Shown here piece by piece: positions 44,844-57,624 of a stretch of DNA of 64,000 nt. The stretch is from Eledone cirrhosa. Lineage: Eukaryota. The notes beneath the pieces are model-generated. The model did no database searches and was not told the DNA's origin. It worked only from the letters and a program-made list of their open reading frames with translations. Location: positions 224,006,001 through 224,070,000 of the forward strand of contig OZ024742.1 in NCBI GenBank assembly GCA_964016885.1, written 5' to 3'. Numbering within the stretch: position 1 is the first letter of the stretch; the number at the start of each line of letters is the position of its first letter. The position numbers and the translations under genes were made by a program.

Positions 44844-45522
44844 TATAGTTGCTACAGTAGAAGACAGTTGTCCAAGGTGCCGTTCAGCATGACTGATTTA
44901 TCAAGAATTCTTTTTGACTGAAGTAGGATATTAGCTAATAAATATATCTCTTAGCACATAAAATAACGCTTGGTACAATCCCAAGGGGAAACACAACAAA
45001 CAGTTCTGGTTGTTTATAAATTAATACAATGGTAGATCCAAGAATGCCACTATTTCAGAGCAATCTACTTATCAATACATTCGTTTCGCATGTTCAATTC
45101 TTGCTTTGTTTTTTTATCTCCGTTTTGACAACTGTCTGTGAACATGAGTTGCTCCTCTGGTTATGATTCGTGTGGTGGACTGGTAGAATTGCGATAGCAT
45201 CGGACAATATGTTTTGCGGCATTTGTTCAAGCTCTTTATCTTCTTAGTTTAGGTCAATTTTACATTTCATCCATTCAGAATCCATAAAATAAAATACCAG
45301 TTATGTACTGAGGTCGATTTGATCGCCTTTCCTTTTCCTCCGAAATTGCTGACCTTGTACTAAAATTAGAAACCATTATTTTTCAATGAAAGGCAAAGTC
45401 AACCCGCCGAGGTTGACTTTGCCTTTCATCCTTACGGGGTCGATAAAATAAAGTACCAGTAATGCACTGGGTAATTGCTGGCCTTGTGCCTAAAGTAGAA
45501 ACAATTATTTTTCACTGATTAG

Positions 45523-45687
45523 AGAACGTCAACACCGTCTATCAGGACACTATGAACGACATCGAGAATAAAAAAAGCGTCAAAGTTAGTGATGTTGGAT
45601 CCAAAGCAGAGAGTGGTGAACGTCATGTCACAAACATTGACTTGAAGCAGGATACTGGCCTGGAATCTATCCAGGGACTGAATATGA
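45523..45687 (+). pseudogene. Candidate terminal coding exon disrupted by a SINE and satellite expansion
   Basis: tttttcactgattAG acceptor; open frame ENVNTVYQDTMNDIENKKSVKVSDVGSKAESGERHVTNIDLKQDTGLESIQGLNMT; no homology recognised. Confidence 0.3.
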
Positions 45688-48600
45688 CAATAATTGTTTC
45701 TATTTTAGGCACAAGGCCAGCAATTACACAGTACATTACTGGTACTTTATTTTATCGATCCCGTAAGTATGAAAAGCAAAGTTAACCTCGGCGGGATTTG
45801 AACTCAGATCATAAAGGGACGTAACTCTATGCTTAAAAGCATGGTGTCCAACTCTCTACCGGTACTGCCAATGACAGAGAATTGTCGTGGACGTCATGTC
45901 ACATACATTGACCTGAATCAGGATACTGGCCTGGAACTGAAGATGACAATGATGGACAGAAAAGTGTGGTGGATGTCATGTCACATATATTGACCTGAAG
46001 CTGGATACTGGTCTGGAATCTACCCAGGGACTGAAGATGGCAATAATGGACAGAAAAGTGTGGTGGATGTCATGTCACATATATTGACCTGAAGCTGGAT
46101 ACTGGTCTGGAATCTACCCAGGAACTGAAGATGGCAATAATGGACAGTGAAGTGTGGTGGATGTCATGTCACATATATTGACCTGAAGCTGGATACTGGT
46201 CTGGAATCTACCCAGGAACTGAAGATGGCAATAATGGACAGTGAAGTGTGGTGGATGTCATGTCACATATATTGACCTGAAGCTGGATACTGGTCTGGAA
46301 TCTACCCAGGAACTGAAGATGGCAATAATGGACAGTGAAGTGTGGTGGATGTCATGTCACATATATTGACCTGAAGCTGGATACTGGTCTGGAATCTACC
46401 CAGGAACTGAAGATGGCAATAATGGACAGAAAAGTGTGGTGGATGTCATGTCACATATATTGACCTGAAGCTGGATACTGGTCTGGAATCTACCCAGGAA
46501 CTGAAGATGACAATGATGGACAGAAAAGTGTGGTGGATGTCATGTCACATACATTGACCTGAAGCTGGATACTGGTCTGGAATCTACCCAGGAACTGAAG
46601 ATGGCAATAATGGACAGAAAAGTGTGGTGGATGTCATGTCACATACATTGACCTGAAGCTGGATACTGGTCTGGAATCTACCCAGGAACTGAAGATGGCA
46701 ATAATGGACAGAAAAGTGTGGTGGATGTCATGTCACATACATTGACCTGAAGCTGGATACTGGTCTGGAATCTACCCAGGAACTGAAGATGGCAATAATG
46801 GACAGAAAAGTGTGGTGGATGTCATGTCACATATATTGACCTGAAGCTGGATACTGGTCTGGAATCTACCCAGGAACTGAAGATGGCAATAACTGTTTCT
46901 ACTTTAGGCACAAGGCCAGCAATTATCCAGTGCATTACTGGTACTTTATTTTATCGACCCCGTAAGGATGAAAGGCAAAGTCAACCTCGGCAGGATTTGA
47001 ATTCAGATCGTAAAGGGACGTAACTATGCTGGAATGGCAATAATGGACAGTGAAGTGTGGTGTATGTCATGTCACATATATTGACCTGAAGCTGGATACT
47101 GGTCTGGAATCTACCCAGGAACTGAAGATGGCAATGATGGACAGAAAAGTGTGGTGGATGTCATGTCACATACATTGACCTGAAGCTGGATACTGGTCTG
47201 GAATCTACCCAGGAACTGAAGATGGCAATAATGGACAGTGAAGTGTGGTGGATGTCATGTCACATACATTGACCTGAAGCTGGATACTGGTCTGGAATCT
47301 ACCCAGGAACTGAAGATGGCAATAATGGACAGAAAAGTGTGGTGGATGTCATGTCACATATATTGACCTGAAGCTGGATACTGGTCTGGAATCTACCCAG
47401 GAACTGAAGATGGCAATAATGGACAGTGAAGTGTGGTGGATGTCATGTCACATACATTGACCTGAAGCTGGATACTGGTCTGGAATCTACCCAGGAACTG
47501 AAGATGGCAATAATGGACAGTGAAGTGTGGTGGATGTCATGTCACATATATTGACCTGAAGCTGGATACTGGTCTGGAATCTACCCAGGAACTGAAGATG
47601 GCAATAATGGACAGTGAAGTGTGGTGGATGTCATGTCACATACATTGACCTGAAGCTGGATACTGGTCTGGAATCTACCCAGGAACTGAAGATGGCAATA
47701 ATGGACAGAAAAGTGTGGTGGATGTCATGTCACATATATTGACCTGAAGCTGGATACTGGTCTGGAATCTACCCAGGAACTGAAGAAGGCAATAATGGAC
47801 AGTGAAGTGTGGTGGATGTCATGTCACATACATTGACCTGAAGCTGGATACTGGTCTGGAATCTACCCAGGAACTGAAGATGGCAATAATGGACAGAAAA
47901 GTGTGGTGGATGTCATGTCACATATATTGACCTGAAGCTGGATACTGGTCTGGAATCTACCCAGGAACTGAAGATGGCAATAATGGACAGTGAAGTGTGG
48001 TGGATGTCATGTCACATACATTGACCTGAAGCTGGATACTGGTCTGGAATCTACCCAGGAACTGAAGATGGCAATAATGGACAGAAAAGTGTGGTGGATG
48101 TCATGTCACATATATTGACCTGAAGCTGGATACTGGTCTGGAATCTACCCAGGAACTGAAGATGGCAATAATGGACAGTGAAGTGTGGTGGATGTCATGT
48201 CACATACATTGACCTGAAGCTGGATACTGGTCTGGAATCTACCCAGGAACTGAAGATGGCAATAATGGACAGTGAAGTGTGGTGGATGTCATGTCACATA
48301 CATTGACCTGAAGCTGGATACTGGTCTGGAATCTACCCAGGAACTGAAGATGGCAATAATGGACAGTGAAGTGTGGTGGATGTCATGTCACATATATTGA
48401 CCTGAAGCTGGATACTGGTCTGGAATCTACCCAGGGACTGAAGATGGCAATAATGGACAGAAAAGTGTGGTGGATGTCATGTCACATATATTGACCTGAA
48501 GCTGGATACTGGTCTGGAATCTACCCAGGAACTGAAGATGGCAATAATGGGCAGAAAAGTGTGGTGGATGTCATGTCACATACATTGACCTGAAGCTGGA

Positions 48601-49990
48601 TACTGGTCTGGAATCTACCCAGGGACTGAAGATGGCAATAATGGACAGAAAAGTGTGGTGGATGTCATGTCACATATATTGACCTGAAGCTGGATACTGG
48701 TCTGGAATCTACCCAGGAACTGAAGATGGCAATAATGGGCAGAAAAGTGTGGTGGATGTCATGTCACATACATTGACCTGAAGCTGGATACTGGTCTGGA
48801 ATCTACCCAGGGACTGAAGATGGCAATAATGGACAGAAAAGTGTGGTGGATGTCATGTCACATATATTGACCTGAAGCTGGATACTGGTCTGGAATCTAC
48901 CCAGGAACTGAAGATGGCAATAATGGGCAGAAAAGTGTGGTGGATGTCATGTCACATACATTGACCTGAAGCTGGATACTGGTCTGGAATCTACCCAGGG
49001 ACTGAAGATGGCAATAATGGGCAGAAAAGTGTGGTGGATGTCATGTCACATATATTGACCTGAAGCTGGATACTGGTCTGGAATCTACCCAGGAACTGAA
49101 GATGGCAATAATGGGCAGAAAAGTGTGGTGGATGTCATGTCACATACATTGACCTGAAGCTGGATACTGGTCTGGAATCTACCCAGGGACTGAAGATGGC
49201 AATAATGGACAGAAAAGTGTGGTGGATGTCATGTCACATATATTGACCTGAAGCTGGATACTGGTCTGGAATCTACCCAGGAACTGAAGATGGCAATAAT
49301 GGGCAGAAAAGTGTGGTGGATGTCATGTCACATACATTGACCTGAAGCTGGATACTGGTCTGGAATCTACCCAGGGACTGAAGATGGCAATAATGGACAG
49401 AAAAGTGTGGTGGATGTCATGTCACATATATTGACCTGAAGCTGGATACTGGTCTGGAATCTACCCAGGAACTGAAGATGGCAATAATGGACAGTGAAGT
49501 GTGGTGGATGTCATGTCACATATATTGACCTGAAGCTGGATACTGGTCTGGAATCTACCCAGGAACTGAAGATGGCAATAATGGGCAGAAAAGTGTGGTG
49601 GATGTCATGTCACATACATTGACCTGAAGCTGGATACTGGTCTGGAATCTACCCAGGGACTGAAGATGGCAATAATGGACAGAAAAGTGTGGTGGATGTC
49701 ATGTCACATATATTGACCTGAAGCTGGATACTGGTCTGGAATCTACCCAGGAACTGAAGATGGCAATAATTGTTTCTATTTTAGGCACAAGGCCAGCAAT
49801 TACCCAGTGCATTACTGGTACTTTATTTTATCGACCCCGTAAGGATGAAAGGCAAAGTCAACCTCGGCGGGATTTGAATTCAGATCGTAAAGGGACGTAA
49901 CTATGCTGGAATGGCAATAATGGACAGTGAAGTGTGGTGTATGTCATGTCACATATATTGACCTGAAGCTGGATACTGACCTGGAATCTG
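45620..49990. repeat. 94-bp satellite array (~40 units) with three SINE insertions
   Basis: Unit gaagatggcaataatggacagaaaagtgtggtggatgtcatgtcacatatattgacctgaagctggatactggtctggaatctacccaggaact (starts at 46033, 46127, ...); SINEs at ~45688-45872, ~46890-47030, ~49770-49910. Confidence 0.97.
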
Positions 49991-50636
49991 TCCAAGAAAA
50001 GAGACTTTGTTGCTTTGGCTCGGATGAGAGCCTAACTTAACTAAATATGTTTTAAATACCTTAGAGGAGAAAAGACAGAACTCATTTATATATAAGTATG
50101 TGTACTCTGGTATATATATGTTAGTGTATATCGGCACTAAGTGTAAAAACAGTCAATTTACATACAGGAATGTTATTTCTTGCGTCAATGAAATTTATGG
50201 ATGCAGTTAACTACATGTATGTATAATTTTATATATTTCACATCAGTTAACTCACATGGTGCATTTAGTTTCATTTATTTTATATATTTATTTATTTTAA
50301 ATTTACTTATTAACTTTTTTCCAATATCGTTATGTCACTTCTGTCACTTCCCTTTCATTTTCCTCAAACACACACGCGCGCGCGCGCGCGCACACACACG
50401 CACACATATATATATTTATATATCTCCATCTTTATATATATCTATCTATCTATCTATATATGTGTGTGTGTGTGTTATTTAAGCGAGTTTTGATGTGGAT
50501 CACATACGTAAACTCTCATATCATGTCGATGAATAGTCGGGCTTCGATCGCGTTGATCACACCCGAGTTGATCGATATTGAAACAATTGTAATATGCAAA
50601 TCAAGTTTCTACACAAGCTGCAAATCTGTCTTCAAT

Positions 50637-51158
<522 letters not shown>

Positions 51159-51248
51159 TAATAACTCTGGAAAATTATTTTCTGTAGAGTGCTTCCAATC
51201 TACTGTAAAACTCATTCTTTGATGTACTCATTGAATCTTGTTTAACTC

Positions 51249-51292
<44 letters not shown>

Positions 51293-51390
51293 CGTCCCTT
51301 CACGCACAAGGCGCCAAGGTACGTATGTATTGTCCAACCAAGTGCCAATGTGGTTCAATGGCGGGTTAATAAATTAACGAGCCAGAACAA

Positions 51391-51676
51391 ATATAAACAA
51401 GGTTTAGTAAATAATGAAAAAGTTTCAAAGTAAATTTTAAAAAATTGACTTTACCTACTATAGTTACCTTTACCGATCGGTTTCGAATCCCAAAAATAAA
51501 ACGGAGACCATACGGCCTTCGTTGCAAAGAGAGACGAGAATCTCTCTTTGCAACGAAGGCCGTATGGTCTCCGTTTTATTTTTGGGATTCGAAACCGATC
51601 GGTAAAGGTAACTATAGTAGGTAAAGTCAATTTTTTAAAATTTACTTTGAAACTTTTTCATTATTTACTAAACCTT

Positions 51677-51684
<8 letters not shown>
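51391..51684. repeat. 294-bp palindrome (144-bp arms, 6-nt loop) with HHR 3' half
   Basis: 51391-51534 is the reverse complement of 51541-51684; GAAAC-cgatcg-GTA at 51591-51604; right end runs into (TA)n. Confidence 0.95.
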
Positions 51685-51722
<38 letters not shown>

Positions 51723-52215
51723 TATATATATATATATATATGCTCACTTAAAGCCAGACTGCAAACACCGTCTCCATACTATCGTGAGCATATTAGAAAT
51801 AAACCATAACAATATTATACTTCAAAACCTGTCTGATTTAAACATATCAAATAATGATTACGCAACCACTTTGATGACTTCGAATTGTGTGTAACAAGAT
51901 GATGTGGTAAACAGATGATATATACCTAATACAATTTATCTTATTTTTTTATAATATTGACACTCCGTCATATACCTTATAGGTAATACCTTAAGGTAAT
52001 CTCGCCATGAAGTACTTACATCTGTTGACACTACAGTCGGTCGATTACTTAATCAACCAACGTGTTTTACTTGGAATTATATATATATAATTGTGTGTTG
52101 GACTGTTATTTCTAACCAATACACTCCCACCACTTTTGACTTACGGCACACGAGGTGATGAATTCATTTTTCTGTGTGAACGTTAGTACTAGGTGTTTGT
52201 CGCATTTAATCAGAT

Positions 52216-52298
52216 TCTCTCGCTGATGAATACCCGTGGATTATCTGTTACAAACACACTCAGGGCGAAACAGATTAATCCCTAATATGTCCGAGAGA
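52216..52298 (+). ncRNA. Type I hammerhead ribozyme motif with extended stem III
   Basis: tctctcg-CTGATGA-...-GAAAC-agatta/taatat-GTC-cgagaga; perfect 7-bp stem I and GUC site; stem II base is mismatched. Confidence 0.8.
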
Positions 52299-52805
52299 TA
52301 TAATAGTTATTGAGGCGGTTTGTATAATATAATTTTATTTTATTTTATCATTCTGTCTGCTTCATGGTTAAATATTTCAAACAAATGTGGTTCTTCAACC
52401 CTCGTAATATTAGACACGCGATTTACTGTTTCTTACTACATATATTATTATGGTCAGTATTTATACTTTGAGCCTGTTAATTACAGGGTTTCAGTATGAG
52501 TTATTAACTCTAACTTTCATTTATATATATATATATATTTTTTTTTTCACGTCATTTTCTAGCATGAATGCAGTGCGACCCTTACACTGACTTCTTTCTC
52601 CCCTTCTTTCTTCCCCTTTTTCTTTGACGGAGTGGTGGTAGTGCATTATAAGCCTTCGCCCCCTCACCAAATGTTCATTAGTAGATTCAGTTGCTACCAC
52701 TTTGAGGGCGACTGGCCGAGCAGCTAGTTGGTCAGTCGTCCTCTTTGTCTCTGTCTCTGATTTTTCGGACCCATGGTTTTTTACATATTCCTTTGTTATA
52801 TTCCA

Positions 52806-52863
52806 ATACCTGATGATATCACCGGATTCATACGGAACCCGGTCATTGAAATGATCATAGTAT
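52806..52863 (+). ncRNA. Type I hammerhead ribozyme motif (minimal)
   Basis: atac-CTGATGA-tatcaccgg/ccggtcatt-GAAAT-gatc-ATA-gtat followed directly by AATAAA. Confidence 0.75.
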
Positions 52864-52964
52864 AATAAACCCTCAAGGATTTACACCTGTCCAGCCTCCT
52901 GTTATTTTATTTTATTTATATATATATAGTGAGAGAGAGAGGGGTGAGAGAGAGAGTGTGTGAA

Positions 52965-52999
<35 letters not shown>

Positions 53000-53121
53000 T
53001 GTAAAATCTTGACCGGAACCGCTTGGCGCCGCGGTCTGGATTTTACACATCTCTATACGCACTCTACATCTCCCCATGTATCGAGTACTCACATGATTAG
53101 TGGCCTCCTCGGTCTCAGCAC

Positions 53122-53162
<41 letters not shown>

Positions 53163-53243
53163 CCCCCCTCTCTCTCTCTCTCCCCCCCTCTCTCTCTCTC
53201 TCTCTTTATATATATATATATATTATATATATATAAATAAATA

Positions 53244-54001
53244 TAAGTATGCATGTATGTATACGTACATACATATATGTATACAGACGTACAGTAGTAT
53301 GTATATTTATATACATACATGCACACATATATATATATGCACGTATCGCTTTACCGAACATCTATTATAATGCTCGGTTTGTTTGTAAACAAACAAACAG
53401 CCCGAATTACGCCGTACAGTGTTTAGGCAACCATCGTCGCTCTTTTGTTCAACACTGACACAGGAACGATGTACTAGTTTCAAGCTTATTAGCTATCGTC
53501 AGCATCGTATACCTTCCTGCCAGATGGTTGAACGTCTGAAAGTATATACGGCCGACTAAACTCACTCGATATGCAAATTAGGCTGCTCAGCCGTTAATGT
53601 GCATAAGGAAAGTATATACTTTCAGACGTTCAACCATCTGGCAGGAAGGTATACGATGCTGACGATAGCTAATAAGCTTGAAACTAGTACATCGTTCCTG
53701 TGTCAGTGTTGAACAAAAAGGTGACGTGGTTGCCTAAACACTGTTCGGCGTAATTCGGGCTGTTTGTTTGTTTACAAACAAACCGAGCATTATAATAGAT
53801 GTTCGGTAAAGCGATACGTGCATATATATATATGTGTGCATGTATGTATATAAATATACATACTACTGTACGTCTGTATACATATATGTATGTACGTATA
53901 CATACATGCATACTTACATTTAAGCAACTGCCGTACTAAGAGTGGGAAATGAAATTTCGTTTCATTCTATTCCATTTATAAATAAATAAATAAATAAATA
54001 A

Positions 54002-54071
<70 letters not shown>

Positions 54072-54220
54072 GGAAAAAATGAAACAAAATTTCATTTCCC
54101 ACTCTTAGTACGGCAGTTGCTTAAATATAAGTATGTACAAGTACATACATATATGTATACAGACGTACAGTAGTATGTACATATATATACATACATGCAC
54201 ACATATATATATGCACGTAT
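53244..54220. repeat. Fold-back with ~305-bp arms plus a second inverted terminal copy across (TA)n
   Basis: 53244-53549 is the reverse complement of 53612-53916; 53815-53980 is inverted at 54068-54220. Confidence 0.9.
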
Positions 54221-54302
54221 ATATATATATATATATATATATGAATTGTTTCCGTAGGAAGGGTAAAGGAAAGAGAGTGCTCTATGTAAGCTACAGATTA
54301 CA

Positions 54303-54359
<57 letters not shown>

Positions 54360-54481
54360 GGTGTTGGATGCTTAAAGCGTCCGTATGCGGTAGGCCGTTT
54401 GAGCACTCAATGCTCCCATAGAGCAGAAAATGATGTCACAGAAAACAAGAGAATCAGTGTTGCGACGATTGGAATATATTG

Positions 54482-54577
54482 GACATATTACAATCGTTTC
54501 TCTGGCGACCAGCTCGAGGCATGATTGATGTGATGATCGAACCTGACTCTGTAAATCGAAAGGTCCTCAGATACATC
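54482..54577 (-). ncRNA. Type I hammerhead ribozyme motif with long stem II insert
   Basis: gatgtat-CTGAGGA-(~63 nt)-GAAAC-gatt-GTA-atatgtc; 7-bp stem I. Confidence 0.65.
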
Positions 54578-54692
54578 TTGATTCTACGAAGCAGATTTTC
54601 CTATGTCCTTTTACATCGATATACTTCGCATATTAATAAATGGAAGCTATCTTTATAAAACCATATTTATTTTATTATATATATTTCAAGGG

Positions 54693-54874
54693 CGGTGAAT
54701 TGGCAGTATCGGTAGAGGGTTGGACGCCATGCTTTCTAGCATAGTTGCGTCCCTTTACGGTTTGAGTTCAAATCCCGCTGAGGTTAACTTTGCCTTTCAT
54801 CCTTACGGGGTCGATAAAATAAAGTACCAGTAATGTACTGGGTAATTGCTGGCCTTGTGCCTAAAGTAGAAACA
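54693..54874 (+). mobile_element. Full-length Nin-like SINE with 19-bp TSD
   Basis: attatatatatttcaaggg at 54674-54692 and 54875-54893; A and B boxes intact. Confidence 0.92.
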
Positions 54875-54876
54875 AT

Positions 54877-54929
54877 TATATATATTTCAAGGGTACCAAA
54901 ATTTTGGTACGCCCTCATCAGATAAAATA
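54877..54929 (-). ncRNA. Type I hammerhead motif whose 3' stem I strand is displaced by the SINE
   Basis: tattttat-CTGATGA-gggcgtaccaaa/tttggtaccctt-GAAAT-atat-ATA; the partner ataaaata lies beyond the SINE (54668-54675). Confidence 0.75.
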
Positions 54930-55006
54930 CAAAAGTTGGTTTACAGATAGTGACATATTCAGACAAGAACTTAATATTGTGAGTTCTATTTGAATAACTC
55001 ATTGCT

Positions 55007-55034
<28 letters not shown>

Positions 55035-55037
<3 letters not shown>

Positions 55038-55860
55038 TAGAATTGGTGCTCTGAAATAGCGATATATATATGAATGTATATATAGTGTATTTTGCAATAC
55101 GCTGTATGCTTAATTAAAAGCATTTTGAAGATCTTACGCTATTGTTTTAGAGTAGTGACAGTCTCACTTACTTTAAATTTTCAGCAAACAGGGGGAGATA
55201 AAGCTGACAGAGCTCTGTTTCGGACTATTTGGTACTTATCAAAGCTAAGTACTCCACCTGTTTGCTGAAAATCATGAATGTTTGATTCTTATAGAATTCT
55301 AGTAATAATCAGGAACTGATTATACAGAGCGGTTGCCGGTCAGACAGAAATTGAATATTTGCAATACACTGTATGCTTAAATAGTACGATACAGAGCTCT
55401 GTTAGCTTCATCTCCCCCTGTTTGCTGAAAATTTAAAGTGAGACTGTCACTACTCTAAAACAATAGCGTAAGGTCTTCAAAATGCTTTTAATTAAGCATA
55501 CGGTGTATTACAAAATACACTATATATACATTCATATATATATCGGTATTTCAGAGCACCAATTCTAATTTTCAATTTCTGTCTGACCGGAAACCGCTCT
55601 GTATAATCAGTTCCTGATTATTACTAGAATTCTATAAGAATCAAACATTCATGATTTTCAGCAAACAGGTGGAGTACTTAGCTTTGATAAGTACCAAATA
55701 GTCCGAAACAGAGCTCTGTCAGCTTTATCTACCCCTGTTTGCTGAAAATTAAAGTAAGTGAGATTGTCACTACTCTAAAACAATAGCGTAAGATCTTCAA
55801 AATGCTTTTAATTAAGCATACAGTGTATTGCAAAATACACTATATATACATTCATATATA
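55035..55860. mobile_element. (TA)n-flanked element: one inverted and two partial-tandem copies with HHR 3' half
   Basis: 55035-55355 is inverted at 55391-55570 (partial) and 55571-55860; GAAAC-agagctct-GTC at ~55705-55720. Confidence 0.85.
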
Positions 55861-55894
55861 TATAGATATAGATAAAGATATGTATAACGAAGGA

Positions 55895-56058
55895 GATAAA
55901 GATATGTATAACGAAGGAAGGAAGTGTGGTGAGGAACCAGGTGGACCCTAATGCACCAGAGTATTCGATACTTAGGGTAGTAGAGTGGGTAATAGGAAAA
56001 ACCTAAGCTGTCGAAACGGCCGGAGCTCAGCCGTCGGGGTACTGACTGTTTTCCTATA
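55895..56058. mobile_element. Rearranged copy of the 8941-9466 family
   Basis: ggaaccaggtggacc...cttagggtagtagagtgggtaatagga (reverse copy) joined to gtcGAAACggccggagctcagccGTCgggg. Confidence 0.7.
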
Positions 56059-56103
56059 GATACATATATATATAGATATATACACACATATATATATACA
56101 CAT

Positions 56104-56165
<62 letters not shown>

Positions 56166-56739
56166 ACATACACATATACACATATATTTACATACACATA
56201 CACACGGACCCCCCCCCCCCCCCCCTATATATATATATATATACTCATGAGTATGTATAGAAGTATATAGTGATGTTTGTAATGTATATATATATATATA
56301 TATATATTGTATATAATTTATGTATTATATTAGAACTTTTAAATTTGCCAAAAATCCCCATAAAAAAATACGGAAATCATCTGTGTATAGTCGAGGAAAA
56401 GAGAAGGAAGAGGGAAGAAGAAGAAGGAGGGAGTAATAAGGGAGGAGTAGGAGGAGGGGGGTCTGTATTGGAGATCTTTTTCTCTAGCTTATAAAACGAA
56501 GAATGGTTATTAGTTGTGGCATTAGTAATGTCTGCCTTAATATCTAGGCTCCAGATGACTGGAATCTTAACATTATATTATCTTCTTACCCTCTCTCGCT
56601 GACTTTCTCGTCGTCTCTCGCTGTCTCTCGCTGTCTCCGTCTCACAGATAACACGGCAAAGATGATGATGATGTTTCGGTACACAGAATGGGTCACTCCG
56701 CTGGTTAACTAGCGACATGGGGTTGTTTGTAATGCTGAT

Positions 56740-57620
56740 TAGTGGTGGTGATGTGTGTGTGAGTGTGAGTGTGTGCGTGTGTTTGTAGTGGTGAGATATG
56801 TGGTGGTGGTAGTGATCTGTGTGTGTGTGTGTGTTTGTAGCGGTGAGATATGTGGTGGTGGTAGTGATGTGTGTGAGTGTGTGGTTGTGTGTGTGTGTGT
56901 GTGTGTGTCTGTAGTGGTAAGATATATGGTGGTGATGACGGCGTGTGTTTCTGTCGTGGTGGTGATGGTGTGTGTGTGTGTGTGTGTGTCTAGTGGTGGT
57001 GATGACGGCGTGTGTTTCTGTCGTGGTGGTGATGGTGTGTGTGTGCGTGTGTTTCTGTCGTGGTGGTGATGGTGTGTGTGTGTGTGTCTAGTGGTGAGTT
57101 ATGTGGTGGTGATGACGGCGTGTGTTTCTGTCGTGGTGGTGTGTGTGTGGTAGTGTTGTGTGTGTCTGTGTGTGTGTGTGTCTGTAGTGGTGAGATATGT
57201 GGTGGTGATGACGGCGTGTGTTTCTGTCGTGGTGGTGATGGTGTGTGTGTGTGTGTGCGTGTGTGTGTGTGTTTGTAGTGGTGAGATATGTGGTAGTGGT
57301 AGTGATGCGTGTGTGTGTGTGTGTGTGTCTCGTGGTGAGATATGTGGTTGTGATGGCGGCGTGTGTTTCTGTCGTGGTGGTGATGGTGTGTTTGTATGTG
57401 TTTGTGGTGAGGGTGGGATGTGTGACTGTGGTGGTGGAGACGTGTGTGTGTGCCTGTGGTGGTGGTGGTGGTAAGTATGTTATAGTGATTGGTTGTGGTG
57501 GCTGTGTGTGTCTGGTGTATGTGTGTGTGTGTCTGTGGTGGTGGTTAGACGTGTGTATGTATGTGGTGGTATGTTGTATGGTGGTCGTGTTGTGTGCACG
57601 CGTGTGAGTGTGTGTGTTGG
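56740..57620. repeat. (GT)/(GGT) compound minisatellite
   Basis: Recurring gatgacggcgtgtgtttctgtcgtggtggt and gtggtgagatatgt. Confidence 0.85.
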
Positions 57621-57624
57621 TATA

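Noticed and set aside
45895-49990. 94-bp array as a CRISPR-like array
   Set aside because: Units are contiguous and near-identical, with no unique spacers and no cas genes; eukaryotic context
45523-50040. Rab-like GTPase C-terminus (ENVN...CC)
   Set aside because: No G1-G5 motifs found upstream and the CC is not terminal
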